32,384 nt of DNA. Origin: a virus (lineage: Duplodnaviria; Caudoviricetes). A program made the position numbers and the translations under genes. Under the pieces are notes generated by a model. It made no database searches. It had not been told where the DNA came from and worked only from the letters and a program-made list of their open reading frames with translations. The stretch covers positions 1-32,384 of the IMG/VR virus record IMGVR_UViG_3300048578_000364; one strand, written 5' to 3'. This document shows positions 9,534 to 19,283 of this stretch, piece by piece; position 1 is the first letter of the stretch, and each line of letters begins with the position of its first letter.

Positions 9534-10034
9534 TTAAAATACTATTTCTGAAAGTCTTTTTACAAAACCAAAAAGTCTCAATACAACTCTTGGTCTATAT
9601 TCAACTGATTCTATTTCAATTGAATGATTCATTGAAAAACTTGATATGCTCATACGTGTACCGTAAGTTGAATTAATTGCTTTTGGTGGCGTATATCCAT
9701 TTTCAGTCCAACCCCTCGAAGTTCCAAGAATTAGACTTATTGAATATCTGCCTTTTAATACTTCTTCAAGAATAAAATCAAGGTTGTTGTCATAAAGTTT
9801 GTTGTAAGGTATATACAAAGTTGCTTCAAATCTATAACCAAGTCGTTTAATTGTTCCTAAGTGGGTGTTCCGAGTGATAGGAGAAAGCCGAAAACTTGAT
9901 TCTGCTTCAAGATTATGAATAATGATATTGGCATCATAAGGATCGCCCCATTCTACTTGGGAAAAGAATTGAATACCTCGAATTGGCATCAAAGCCACTT
10001 CTCCAGCAAAGTTTTGAAGTATAATCTCTATCAT
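9534..10034 (-). CDS. Phage hypothetical protein, probable tail component
   Basis: 166 aa, ATGA-coupled to the upstream gene, beta-rich, lies in the tail region. Confidence 0.6.
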   Translation of the reverse strand: MIEIILQNFAGEVALMPIRGIQFFSQVEWGDPYDANIIIHNLEAESSFRLSPITRNTHLGTIKRLGYRFEATLYIPYNKLYDNNLDFILEEVLKGRYSISLILGTSRGWTENGYTPPKAINSTYGTRMSISSFSMNHSIEIESVEYRPRVVLRLFGFVKRLSEIVF

Positions 10035-10444
10035 AATGGATTCACATAAGATAAATTTAGTGCTACTTCAGGTAAATCTCTTATTTCGTCAATATAAGTT
10101 ACAGGAAACCTCCCAGTTTCAGTCATAACTTGCTCATAATTGCCCCAGATTGAATCTTTTTGAATTGCAATATATTTAAACCTGCCAATCCAAAAATTTT
10201 GTAAGAAATCAAGTATCTCACTATGATATATTTCATCGGAACTGATAATGACTTCAATGTCTTTGTGGCAGTATAGAATATGATTGAACTTTCTGCCATT
10301 TAGTAAAATACCAGATTCTTCAGTCTTGTTTAATAACAAGTCAGTACATTTGACTGTTTCAAATAACTTTTGATTTGTTGAATTTTCATCAAAAACCAAT
10401 GAAGTCAATCTTTCATCTCCATATCTTAATGCTATTTCTTTCAC
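10031..10444 (-). CDS. Phage hypothetical protein, possible distal tail protein
   Basis: 137 aa, GTGA-coupled; size and position fit a Dit-like protein, but no diagnostic motif was seen. Confidence 0.55.
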   Translation of the reverse strand: MKEIALRYGDERLTSLVFDENSTNQKLFETVKCTDLLLNKTEESGILLNGRKFNHILYCHKDIEVIISSDEIYHSEILDFLQNFWIGRFKYIAIQKDSIWGNYEQVMTETGRFPVTYIDEIRDLPEVALNLSYVNPL

Positions 10445-12855
10445 GCTTCTTGCAGTACTCCTGATTCGTAAGGAAATTCAACGATTTCAAGTATAAAGCT
10501 GTTTGGGGAATCAATCGTTCCTAAGCAAATAACCATATCTTCCGCAACGTTAGGACTATACAAGATATTTTCTGTTATGTTAATACCATATAAATTTGTT
10601 CTTGCATAAACTTGTCCGCCAATCTTAGTAAAGGCATAGCTATCACTAACTACTCTTCCTGAAATCTGAACCAAAATATTTTCTTGCCCTGAACCTGATT
10701 CTTTTGCAATCCCAATTGTTTTGTTATGATAGATACTTCTGCTTTTTGATTTTGCTATAAGTCCACTGGGAAGTAACATAACAGCATCACCAGACAGGAT
10801 TTCTTCATTTTCTTCAATTTCATAGTTTTGAACCAATGTTGAATCTTCTGAAGTAAAACCGCTATTAAGCATAGACATCATAAACAAAGGTAATAACCCT
10901 TCATTTCCTTCCCACCAACCGTAAGCAAATCTCTCCAATGAATGTAACTTTAACTTAGTCTCAGGTTTTTGGAGATTAATTTCAATTCCAACAACGACAA
11001 AGTCCCTTTGAATATCTTCTTCGAACCAATTACCATTATGAAATCTTTTGACGGTTTCAGCAATCTTGACTTTAGAGCCAAGTTTGATATTCTTCCAAGA
11101 AGAGTTTGAGCCATCTGCATTTTTTGAAAAAGCATTCCAATATGGGACTGTCAAAGAATATTCGGTTTCGTAATATTGTTTATCTCTTGCAAGAATGTAG
11201 TTTACATATTTTGATAGCGAATCAAAATCTAAATCTGTTCCATTGATATTAGCGAAAATCTTTGAAGCAGGTCTCCAAACATCTACAAGTCCAATTCTTT
11301 GTATTTGAGTTGGCTCAATTGGTTTTGTCTTAACATATATACCAGTATGAATCCTCTCAATCGAACTACTACTTCCTTTGCCGGGAGCATTAGCAATTGA
11401 TTGGAGAATAGTTGTTTCCCAATTACTGCTGTTACGAGTAACGTTTAAGGGGATATGATAATAGAAATGACCACCGTAATCATTGACGGCACACAAAACA
11501 GCTCTTGTTATTGAAGTAGTTAAAAGCAGTCTTTCTGATTCAATGCCTTTCTTTTCTTTGTCGTAATTTCTTTGTTTGTCCGAATCTTGAAACTTCTTTG
11601 ATGCTTCTGGTTCGTTTGTATTAGGTTTATTACTTACATCATCAAATTCATCAACTGCAAAATTGTTAGCAAGACCATAAAATTCATTTGATTCTTTATT
11701 AATAATTGAACTTGTATCGAAACTTGCCTCGCTCGTCCCTATTAAATAAGTATAGTCATTTTCAACTAATCCTTTACGAGATTTGAACTCAAGATTTAAC
11801 GATGTACCGGAAGTATAGCTTATAAATAAGTAACAGCCGAAACTCCTTGCTATTTCAAAAAGTAAATCTGATATGTTATCAATACTTCTAAATGAAAAAG
11901 CTAATTCGCATGAAATTTGGTTCTTCTGCCAATCTTGTTGCCCCGAATTTCCTAAAGCAGGATCAATCATTTTTCTATGAATGAAAGGAGAAGACCAATT
12001 GTCATTACCGTTTTGATTGGAGAGTTTAACTTCAATTCTAATGCTTTGTTCTGCTTTGATTTCCTTGATTTCATCGCTATATTCTTTTACCAAAGCATAA
12101 GAAACAGGACTTGTTTGAAAGCCTAAAGAACTTTCAAGTAAATTCAATTGTAATGCAGTATTCGTAAGTTCAGAAATAATTGATGATGCCTTGAGCAAAT
12201 ATTCTTTAATTACTTGATATAAATTACCAAGTGGGCAAAAGTAAACTAAATTGCTTGACACGTTATCAATCGAATATGAAAGTCTATATTGGAAAATACT
12301 TTTCATTGACGCCCAATTTTCATTCTCAAATCTTTGATACACATTCTCAATTGGTGTCCCTTCTAAGTTTTCTATCTTCCCAGTTAGCTTAACTTGGTCA
12401 AGCACAGATATATCAAAACTATAAGCTGAAAACTTATATTCTCTTTTGGGATTGACATAGAAGTCATAATCTTCTCCAATCCAAAGTTTATCAGTTCCAG
12501 ACACTTTACTGCTAATTTTACCCAGAAAAAGCATATTTTCAAGAGTAGTATCTTCACCAAAGAATACCCCACAATATCTATTTACTTTGATATTTGTAGC
12601 ATCGAGAACAAAGTAAAGTGCCTTTTCATCACTCTCATTTTGACAAGCAAGATGATTAATTGAAAAAGGTAGTTCGTCAATAGCATAACTACCTTCTTCA
12701 GTGTTTAAATCCTTTTTAACCGATTCAAGCATAAAAATATCGGTTTCAGTTCCAATATCCTGAAACAGTTCTGAATATGAATCAGAAACAGCAAAGACTA
12801 CTGCTTGCTGTCCGAATAAATATTCAGTAAAGCGATATTTCTGCCAGAATCTCAT
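10441..12855 (-). CDS. Large tail tip/hub-like protein with C-terminal DUF2190/cement-like beta domain
   Basis: 804 aa. IKLGSKVKI...FVVVGIEINLQKPETKLKL resembles a hub C-terminal barrel. EEILSGDAV...TIGIAKESG...VQISGRV...GGQVY resembles a cement/fibre-docking domain. Confidence 0.6.
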   Translation of the reverse strand: MRFWQKYRFTEYLFGQQAVVFAVSDSYSELFQDIGTETDIFMLESVKKDLNTEEGSYAIDELPFSINHLACQNESDEKALYFVLDATNIKVNRYCGVFFGEDTTLENMLFLGKISSKVSGTDKLWIGEDYDFYVNPKREYKFSAYSFDISVLDQVKLTGKIENLEGTPIENVYQRFENENWASMKSIFQYRLSYSIDNVSSNLVYFCPLGNLYQVIKEYLLKASSIISELTNTALQLNLLESSLGFQTSPVSYALVKEYSDEIKEIKAEQSIRIEVKLSNQNGNDNWSSPFIHRKMIDPALGNSGQQDWQKNQISCELAFSFRSIDNISDLLFEIARSFGCYLFISYTSGTSLNLEFKSRKGLVENDYTYLIGTSEASFDTSSIINKESNEFYGLANNFAVDEFDDVSNKPNTNEPEASKKFQDSDKQRNYDKEKKGIESERLLLTTSITRAVLCAVNDYGGHFYYHIPLNVTRNSSNWETTILQSIANAPGKGSSSSIERIHTGIYVKTKPIEPTQIQRIGLVDVWRPASKIFANINGTDLDFDSLSKYVNYILARDKQYYETEYSLTVPYWNAFSKNADGSNSSWKNIKLGSKVKIAETVKRFHNGNWFEEDIQRDFVVVGIEINLQKPETKLKLHSLERFAYGWWEGNEGLLPLFMMSMLNSGFTSEDSTLVQNYEIEENEEILSGDAVMLLPSGLIAKSKSRSIYHNKTIGIAKESGSGQENILVQISGRVVSDSYAFTKIGGQVYARTNLYGINITENILYSPNVAEDMVICLGTIDSPNSFILEIVEFPYESGVLQEA

Positions 12856-12858
12856 AAT

Positions 12859-13581
12859 CTAACTATAAGTAATATTCGTAACGACTACAACATCTCCAGT
12901 TAAAAGTCTTTCTGCATCTGTTGAGAGAAGGTCAGGCGGCTTGATGCCTTCTATATCCTTACCTGTTCCACCAAGTTTCCACGTAATAGCTGTAAATAGG
13001 CTTACTGCAGTCAAGTCTGTAGCTTCAAGTCCAGAGTTCTTATAAGACACAAAAGTAATAGTTATGGAAGCAGGACTGTTGTTAAGTTGCTGTTCCAAGT
13101 CATTATTTACTTTGCCAATCATATGAATGAATCCATCTGGCTTACGTAGAGTTGCATCGGTTCTTGCTTTGTGTGAATATCCTGTACCAATTGTGATTAA
13201 GAATTTGGCATCCATATTGTCTTTTAATTGCTTAATAAATGCAGTCCAAGAGTTTGATTCAATTGGGGCTTCATTAATCACTAACGTAATTTCTCCTTTG
13301 TTAGAGGCATCGCTTGAAGCATCGGCAGGTGTGATGTCGCTTTCATCTTCACCTGAGAGAATAAGATTAGTTTTTGGGAATCTCCAAATTGCACCGTCAG
13401 CTCTGTTAATGTCTATGTTTTCAGAACCCTGAGAACTTGAACCGGGTTTCAGAATCTTGTAAGTGGACGATTGCAAGTTATTAAACTTCCATAGTTCAGA
13501 CAAATCTTCATTCTCAATCTTGTGAATCCAAGCGAATGGAGAACCGGTAAGTATGATTTTTTTATCAGTTGTTGTCGGCAT
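12859..13581 (-). CDS. Putative major tail (tube) protein
   Basis: 240 aa, strong AGGAGG RBS, T/S/G-rich; assigned from position and composition only. Confidence 0.5.
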   Translation of the reverse strand: MPTTTDKKIILTGSPFAWIHKIENEDLSELWKFNNLQSSTYKILKPGSSSQGSENIDINRADGAIWRFPKTNLILSGEDESDITPADASSDASNKGEITLVINEAPIESNSWTAFIKQLKDNMDAKFLITIGTGYSHKARTDATLRKPDGFIHMIGKVNNDLEQQLNNSPASITITFVSYKNSGLEATDLTAVSLFTAITWKLGGTGKDIEGIKPPDLLSTDAERLLTGDVVVVTNITYS

Positions 13582-13732
13582 CTTGACCTCCTAAATCATT
13601 ATTAATAATTTCTTCTTCAATGTTTGGAACAGTTTTAATTTCATTAAGTAATGAAATCACATCCTTGAATGGTTTATCTGCTATTAAGCTGATAATCTTA
13701 TTGATGGTTTGTTCTGTTATTATATATTGCAT
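13565..13732 (-). CDS. Small 55-aa phage protein following fibre genes (missing from ORF track)
   Basis: MQYIITEQTINKIISLIADKPFKDVISLLNEIKTVPNIEEEIINNDLGGQDADNN; AAGGG RBS; fills the gap and overlaps the next start. Confidence 0.75.
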   Translation of the reverse strand: MQYIITEQTINKIISLIADKPFKDVISLLNEIKTVPNIEEEIINNDLGGQDADNN

Positions 13733-13754
13733 ATTTTTTCCCTTAAATAAATTC

Positions 13755-15281
13755 TTATTGCCCGCCTTGCTGGACTTCTTTACAATTCAATCCTTCAATC
13801 GTTCCTAAATACTTCACGTGAATGTAGCCACCGAGAATTTGTCTGAATGATCCATTGGGTAAAGTAACTCTATAGCTTACTGCTCTTGAACCACAAATAT
13901 TAGATTGTGCGAAAATAATTGCAGAACCCTGTAATGAAAAATTGAACCATTTTACATCTTCGTGAGTTGCTGTAACTGAAATCACCCCACTTTTATCTAC
14001 CAATCTCCAATTGTCCATCGGTGCCATTAATTCCAAAGTCTGTGAACTGACACAAGAAGCAGTATTTATTCTATTGGACTCATATTCTTTAAATTCAACA
14101 AATGCCATAACTTCATAGTAACCGTCAAAGGGCAAACCTTCTCCAATTGGACTAGGAGCATAGCCAGTAAATTGGCTTAAAGGAATAATACCAGTACTGA
14201 GAATGTCATATCTATTAAACCAACTTGTTTTAGGGCATTTTACAACATTCATTCTAATCCAAAACCTCTCGAAATTTTGAATAGGATAAACAGTATGTCC
14301 ATTACCAAATTCTTCATCTGAAAATGAGCAACCAACGTAAAAACTACCAGTATTCAAATAAATGAATTCTTCATCGAAGTATATTGTTTCTCCAGATTGC
14401 CAATTATACCTTACAGATTTAACTATATTCCACGCAGAATTTTCATCTTGTCGAATCAAAAACTGACAATAAAGAGGAACTCCGTGGAAGTCAAGACCTT
14501 CGTCATTGTCCATTGGTTCAACGCTCCATTCACCTTTTATATGAACTTGGAAATATGAACAATCATCTCCGCTTGTTAGTAAGCCATTTGGTACACCACC
14601 AAGCTGAAGTTTGTCTCCACCTACAACTGAAATCAGTTCGTAATAGATTTCTTGCTTACAACATTGTGATTGACTTGATGATTGTTGAGCAGTATTCATC
14701 TTTCTTTCAAAGCTTACCAATATCCAAACATCAGAGGTTGGACTATACGAAAACTCTGCTTTAATTAATTCTGTTAAATCAGTGTCTGTTCTTGTGTCAA
14801 TACGCTTATGATTAGCGGGAACATTATTAATGGATAAATTCTTAATATTGAACCAAGAGCCGTCCTTTGCCGTATATACAAACCTTCTACCTCTTATGGT
14901 TTGCCAATCAGAAATAGTATTGTTAGAACCAATGAAATTCATCGTTCCAATAGTTCTCGGTAGATTGTCATTATAACCTTCCGCCAAATTAATATTCCAT
15001 AACGAAGAATTCAGAAAATTACTTGTCGCATTGAATGGCGTAATTTCATCTCTTGGATTATTGCTGTCAAGGGCATCATTATCCTCGTAAGACCAGGGCA
15101 GGCTGTCCCAAGTTATCCATTGCAAACCGTTCCAAACCCAAATTTTACTTGCATAATAAACTGCATAACCACGATGATTTGAATTAAGTCCAATAGGTAA
15201 AGAAATCACATTCTCCAACCTTCCTTTCAAAATTTCGGAATAATTCATATCAAAATCATCAAGCACCGGAGTAGCAGACAT
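13755..15281 (-). CDS. Fibre / receptor-binding protein
   Basis: 508 aa, aromatic beta-rich domains; its N-terminus resembles that of the upstream fibre gene. Confidence 0.6.
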   Translation of the reverse strand: MSATPVLDDFDMNYSEILKGRLENVISLPIGLNSNHRGYAVYYASKIWVWNGLQWITWDSLPWSYEDNDALDSNNPRDEITPFNATSNFLNSSLWNINLAEGYNDNLPRTIGTMNFIGSNNTISDWQTIRGRRFVYTAKDGSWFNIKNLSINNVPANHKRIDTRTDTDLTELIKAEFSYSPTSDVWILVSFERKMNTAQQSSSQSQCCKQEIYYELISVVGGDKLQLGGVPNGLLTSGDDCSYFQVHIKGEWSVEPMDNDEGLDFHGVPLYCQFLIRQDENSAWNIVKSVRYNWQSGETIYFDEEFIYLNTGSFYVGCSFSDEEFGNGHTVYPIQNFERFWIRMNVVKCPKTSWFNRYDILSTGIIPLSQFTGYAPSPIGEGLPFDGYYEVMAFVEFKEYESNRINTASCVSSQTLELMAPMDNWRLVDKSGVISVTATHEDVKWFNFSLQGSAIIFAQSNICGSRAVSYRVTLPNGSFRQILGGYIHVKYLGTIEGLNCKEVQQGGQ

Positions 15282-15285
15282 CTTT

Positions 15286-16866
15286 TTATCCTAAAATTAC
15301 TACATTATAAACCTTTGCAGTTGCAGGAGCAACTTTGAAGGATATTTTCGTTGTATTAGTATCAAATCTTTCAATCAATGGGAAAACAGTATATCCTGTT
15401 GTGTTTTCATATACATCTGTAAGTATGTCTTTAGTTCCAAGATTATGAATAACTGAAAAGGTAGTTGTGGAGTTATCTCCAGTGATGGAAGCAGTAACTT
15501 TCTTGTTCTTATACGCTCCATTAATAACTAATTGATTACCTGTAATAACAATGGTAGAATTGTCAACATTTACTTTTATTCCACTCGCTGATTTACTGAT
15601 ACCACCATTAGAATCAAGTTTGGATTGAAGAATATCAGAAACTATTTCAATAGATTGATTATCAACATTAACATCAACCTGATTCCCAGTCTTTGATAAA
15701 CCATTTCCAGCAACTAATTCAGCAACGCCATTGAATTGAGTCCAACTAATTGAAGTAGTACCTAATGTCCCGCCACTATCAACATTAGATATCCAAGCTG
15801 TATCTGCATTAACTGTACCCTGTTCTACAAATACTGCTGCACTTACCACTTCTGCCCAAGTATCAATATCGGTAGCTCTTGACCAAGAAGTTGAGGCAAC
15901 AACGTATATACCGTTTTGCGATGCAGTTGTTTGATTCTTGACAAGTACTCTATTACCAACAGCAAGAGCAATGCCATCTATAGTTTGAGTTCCAGACAAA
16001 GTGATATTTGCAGTTGTAGCAACTCTTACGCTGTTCTTCCAAGATAAACCAGAAACAGCATTATCTACATAGTTTTTCGTAGCAGCATCCTGTGGACTTG
16101 TAGGGTCTGCAAGGTTTGTTATCTTTTGATTATTCAGATTCAAAGACGTTGTCGGAACAGCCATTTGGTCAAGTCTGTTTGTTCTTACAGCTGTATGAAA
16201 ATCTGTAATATTGCTCGAAGTGTGTGTATGAGAAGGTAAATCTCCAGAGCTTAAATTTGTTGCAGATGTTATCCTACCTTTCACATCAACTGTTACTTTA
16301 GTATAAGTACCGGCAGAAACTCCTGTATTAGTTAATTGGAGACCGTTAGCAACAATTTCAATTCCACCACCCGAAACTATCTTAACATCAGCTTTTATTT
16401 GATTATTGGTGTCATCATAAGTAAAGTCAATTGAATTAGTGTCAATTAATGCACCACCAATAGCATCTTGAGAAGCTTCAACGAAATCTGAAATCGTTGC
16501 GGAGGTTTGTGTGCCAGTATGATTACTCCTATTCTGATAGTAAGCACCATTTTGATTATTCAATAAGTCGGAATTATCGGCAACATCAACTTTACCGTTG
16601 TTGTTGCTATCATAGACAGATTTTTCCATATCGGGATAAACCCATGATGTAGCTGTTCTATAACCTAATTTTCCGTTGCCTTTTACAGTATCTGTTTTTG
16701 CAGTATTATGAATTATCTGCCCAGCTAAAGGAGAAGCTGGCTCAGAAGCAAGATTTTGAACTACTGCCTGTCTGATTTCATTCTTATCAAGGTCGAAATA
16801 ACCAGTACCGTTAAGTAGAGTCAGTACGCCTGATAAATCAATATCGTTTAAAAATGGTATTGGCAT
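15286..16866 (-). CDS. Phage fibre protein
   Basis: 526 aa, G/T/N/S-rich with fibre motifs: GVSAGTYTKVTVDVKGRIT, KITNLADPTSPQDAATKNYVD, VRVATTANITLSGTQTIDG, AGNGLSKTGN. Confidence 0.85.
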   Translation of the reverse strand: MPIPFLNDIDLSGVLTLLNGTGYFDLDKNEIRQAVVQNLASEPASPLAGQIIHNTAKTDTVKGNGKLGYRTATSWVYPDMEKSVYDSNNNGKVDVADNSDLLNNQNGAYYQNRSNHTGTQTSATISDFVEASQDAIGGALIDTNSIDFTYDDTNNQIKADVKIVSGGGIEIVANGLQLTNTGVSAGTYTKVTVDVKGRITSATNLSSGDLPSHTHTSSNITDFHTAVRTNRLDQMAVPTTSLNLNNQKITNLADPTSPQDAATKNYVDNAVSGLSWKNSVRVATTANITLSGTQTIDGIALAVGNRVLVKNQTTASQNGIYVVASTSWSRATDIDTWAEVVSAAVFVEQGTVNADTAWISNVDSGGTLGTTSISWTQFNGVAELVAGNGLSKTGNQVDVNVDNQSIEIVSDILQSKLDSNGGISKSASGIKVNVDNSTIVITGNQLVINGAYKNKKVTASITGDNSTTTFSVIHNLGTKDILTDVYENTTGYTVFPLIERFDTNTTKISFKVAPATAKVYNVVILG

Positions 16867-16875
16867 TTGATTCTC

Positions 16876-17175
16876 CTAATTACAATATGCTTTGCCTGAA
16901 AATGGATACTTAAATAGAATTCTAAGTTCGTTATCATTAATATGTTCTACATTGCCATAAACGACTGTTCCTGAACTGTCAACTGTTGAAATTGCAGGGT
17001 TCTTACCTAAATTATGATTTACGTGCCAAACATTACTTGCAGAACTCTGTTCGTGAATATAGTGCTTATCTGCTATACCTATTTCAAGTTCATTTAACTT
17101 GATTTTACCCAGTATGTTATACTTAATTTCACCATCAATAATTTCTGCTTTCTGAATCCACATAAAAAACCTCAA
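16876..17175 (-). CDS. Small fibre-associated protein (HNLG domain)
   Basis: YIHEQSSASNVWHVNHNLGKNPAISTVD...PFSGKAYCN, similar to the fibre C-terminus (FSVIHNLGTKD). Confidence 0.7.
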   Translation of the reverse strand: MRFFMWIQKAEIIDGEIKYNILGKIKLNELEIGIADKHYIHEQSSASNVWHVNHNLGKNPAISTVDSSGTVVYGNVEHINDNELRILFKYPFSGKAYCN

Positions 17176-17627
17176 TCTTTACCGAAGGATTTACTTATGA
17201 CATAACCTACAATTGTGCCTCCCAATGTGAAAGCTGGTGCTTCCCACCAAGGTCTTTCTTTCACGATTTCTTTAGTGATATAAATCGTATGAACCATCGT
17301 GCTATCAGGTTTCTTCTTAATCCAAAGATCGAAACTGTTTTCAGGGAAATCAAACTTTGCATATACCGTATCTCGTTTGATAATGGTATCAATAATAGCA
17401 GTAAATGGTTTCGTTTCAATAATAGTATCACGCTTAAAAATGAGTTTTGTCCTTGCTTTTTCGATCGTTATAGGTTCAGCTTGTTTAACAATAATTACAG
17501 TATCTCTTTTAGTAATTACACTTGTGAATTCATTGCAATGCTTTGAACTTCTTCCCAGGTAGAAACATAAAAGCAAAGATATTGCTAATAGAACTATCCC
17601 TGTTAATAAATGATACTTTTCTTTCAT
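17172..17627 (-). CDS. Putative spanin-like lysis membrane protein
   Basis: N-terminal TM, repeated DT(V/I) beta motifs, C-terminal PWWE plus hydrophobic helix; directly after the endolysin. Confidence 0.6.
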   Translation of the reverse strand: MKEKYHLLTGIVLLAISLLLCFYLGRSSKHCNEFTSVITKRDTVIIVKQAEPITIEKARTKLIFKRDTIIETKPFTAIIDTIIKRDTVYAKFDFPENSFDLWIKKKPDSTMVHTIYITKEIVKERPWWEAPAFTLGGTIVGYVISKSFGKD

Positions 17628-18223
17628 ACTGCTTTAAATCCTATGAAACCTCTTACAACCATTCTACCTAAAAAGTGATGAATATTTCGTTTACGCTTAT
17701 AAACGCCACCACCATCATCTTGAGAACCAATATCTCCAGAACTTGTATTGAAACCGATAGTATCAACCCAACCCGCTTTTTTCACTTCAATAATCCGTTC
17801 AACGTGTCCACTCCACTGGTTTGGTCTTCTCCAAAACATCAAATCATCAACCTTAGGATTAGAATTTGTCTTTTGACCAATCTTTATAGCGTGGTTTAAC
17901 ATAGTAACGGTAGAACCTGTTTTATGAATTGGGATAGATTTAGTAGGCAATCCCAAATCTTTTGCTGATGAGTAAAAACACCAATATTGTCCTGCTGCAC
18001 AGTAAGGATTACCTTTTGCCAACCCTACGCTTCTAAGGTAAGCTTCAACATCACGTCCATCATTTCTTCCAGTCTTTTCTTTAATACCTACTTGTGCAAG
18101 TAAGCTATCACTAGAAACCATTAACAGCTCTCTATCACAATATATTAAATATCTTGAAGCAGAAAAAGTTTCAATAGTGGCGACTAAAAGAAGCAATATC
18201 GTTATGATAACAAATCTTTTCAT
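17624..18223 (-). CDS. Endolysin, CHAP-like, with signal peptide
   Basis: QVGIKEKTGRNDG, NPYCAAG (catalytic Cys), GHVERI (His), TIGFNTS, GGGVYKRKR; N-terminal MKRFVIITILLLLVA. Confidence 0.8.
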   Translation of the reverse strand: MKRFVIITILLLLVATIETFSASRYLIYCDRELLMVSSDSLLAQVGIKEKTGRNDGRDVEAYLRSVGLAKGNPYCAAGQYWCFYSSAKDLGLPTKSIPIHKTGSTVTMLNHAIKIGQKTNSNPKVDDLMFWRRPNQWSGHVERIIEVKKAGWVDTIGFNTSSGDIGSQDDGGGVYKRKRNIHHFLGRMVVRGFIGFKAV

Positions 18224-18232
18224 AGTTATTCC

Positions 18233-18577
18233 TTAATGCGAAAACTGTGCGATATATACACCTAAAACAACAAGACCAACCAATATATGCACTCCCAAGA
18301 ATATATAACCTAATACAACCATTATGGAATGTCTTTCAACACTATTAAGCTCTTTGTCATCACCTTCCATAATTAGTTTTGTGAAAGGTATCTTAGTGTA
18401 AGTAAATAGAGCTATTCCCGACAATGATAAAGCTATTGCTTCAAGTAGAGCTATAAAAAGAAAAGTTTGTATTTCAGCTGTTCCCGGACGTAAGAAGAAA
18501 ACTGCTACTATTCCGATGATAAGCCAAACCGCATTTCTAAGCACGAAATCAATGGCTGATTTTATTTTAGTGTCCAT
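18233..18577 (-). CDS. Putative holin (3 TM)
   Basis: 114 aa with three hydrophobic segments, immediately upstream of the endolysin. Confidence 0.65.
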   Translation of the reverse strand: MDTKIKSAIDFVLRNAVWLIIGIVAVFFLRPGTAEIQTFLFIALLEAIALSLSGIALFTYTKIPFTKLIMEGDDKELNSVERHSIMVVLGYIFLGVHILVGLVVLGVYIAQFSH

Positions 18578-18579
18578 CT

Positions 18580-18879
18580 TTAACTCCTGTGATTTGATGT
18601 TAAATGATTATGAAATTGTTTGTTTAAGTCATTCAGTAATTTTTTTATGTCTTCAAGTTCTTTCCGAATTGAGTCATCATATAAATCAACTCTCTGTTCG
18701 AGTAGCTTAACTCTTTTTTCGAGATTGTTAAACTTCTCGATTTCGGCTAACTTACTTGAAAATACTTCTTCGTTTGCCTTTCTGTTATCTCTTTTCAGCA
18801 TAAAATAGAAAGTAATCAATCCAACTATTAAAAGTCCGAATTGTATAGCATTGTTAATCAATCCATTTGCAAAGTCCAT
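18580..18879 (-). CDS. Single-TM coiled-coil protein, holin/antiholin-like
   Basis: ATG 18879 with a GGAGA RBS; one N-terminal TM then a heptad-rich tail; first gene of the lysis cluster. Confidence 0.6.
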   Translation of the reverse strand: MDFANGLINNAIQFGLLIVGLITFYFMLKRDNRKANEEVFSSKLAEIEKFNNLEKRVKLLEQRVDLYDDSIRKELEDIKKLLNDLNKQFHNHLTSNHRS

Positions 18880-18881
18880 AG

Positions 18882-19283
18882 TTATTCTCCAATAAAATAA
18901 ACTGTTGGAAGCATAAATCTTATTTCGTAGTGCCATTTGTCTTCTTCAACAAACAAAAACTTTTCTGAAATAGGATATAGTTTCATATTTTCAATAAATA
19001 GATCATTCGTTAGCGACTGTCTCACTCTGTCCAGAGTTTCATAAGCTCCAAGATGGGAACGTAGGTTTCTAACGATTACGATAACATCAAATTCAAGCAT
19101 CCTTGCTTGTTGCTCAATTCTTGGATTAGTATAGTTAGAACCTTCATAACTCACAAGTACTGCACCTTTTGGGTGTAATAACTCGTAATCCTTGACGTTA
19201 TCAGGAAATGGCTCTACTGCTAAGTCTTGAATGTCAATTTTTAGCTTATCAACAATAGCAGATTCAATTTCTGTTATCATCAT
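18882..19283 (-). CDS. Mu Gp37-like head-tail joining/tail terminator protein
   Basis: VEPFPD...YELLHPKGAVLVSYEGS...RNLRSHLGAYETLDRVRQSL; follows the gp36-like gene. Confidence 0.85.
   Translation of the reverse strand: MMITEIESAIVDKLKIDIQDLAVEPFPDNVKDYELLHPKGAVLVSYEGSNYTNPRIEQQARMLEFDVIVIVRNLRSHLGAYETLDRVRQSLTNDLFIENMKLYPISEKFLFVEEDKWHYEIRFMLPTVYFIGE

Noticed and set aside
13620-13808. Plus-strand 62-aa hydrophobic ORF
   Set aside because: Antisense to a better-supported 55-aa minus-strand gene that has an RBS and operon coupling.
13755-16866. Diversity-generating retroelement or invertible fibre cassette
   Set aside because: No reverse transcriptase, invertase or TR/VR repeat pair was seen in this window; elements outside the window cannot be excluded.
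17289-17562. Embedded o-spanin (Rz1-like) ORFs
   Set aside because: These ORFs are on the opposite strand and lack an N-terminal lipoprotein signal.
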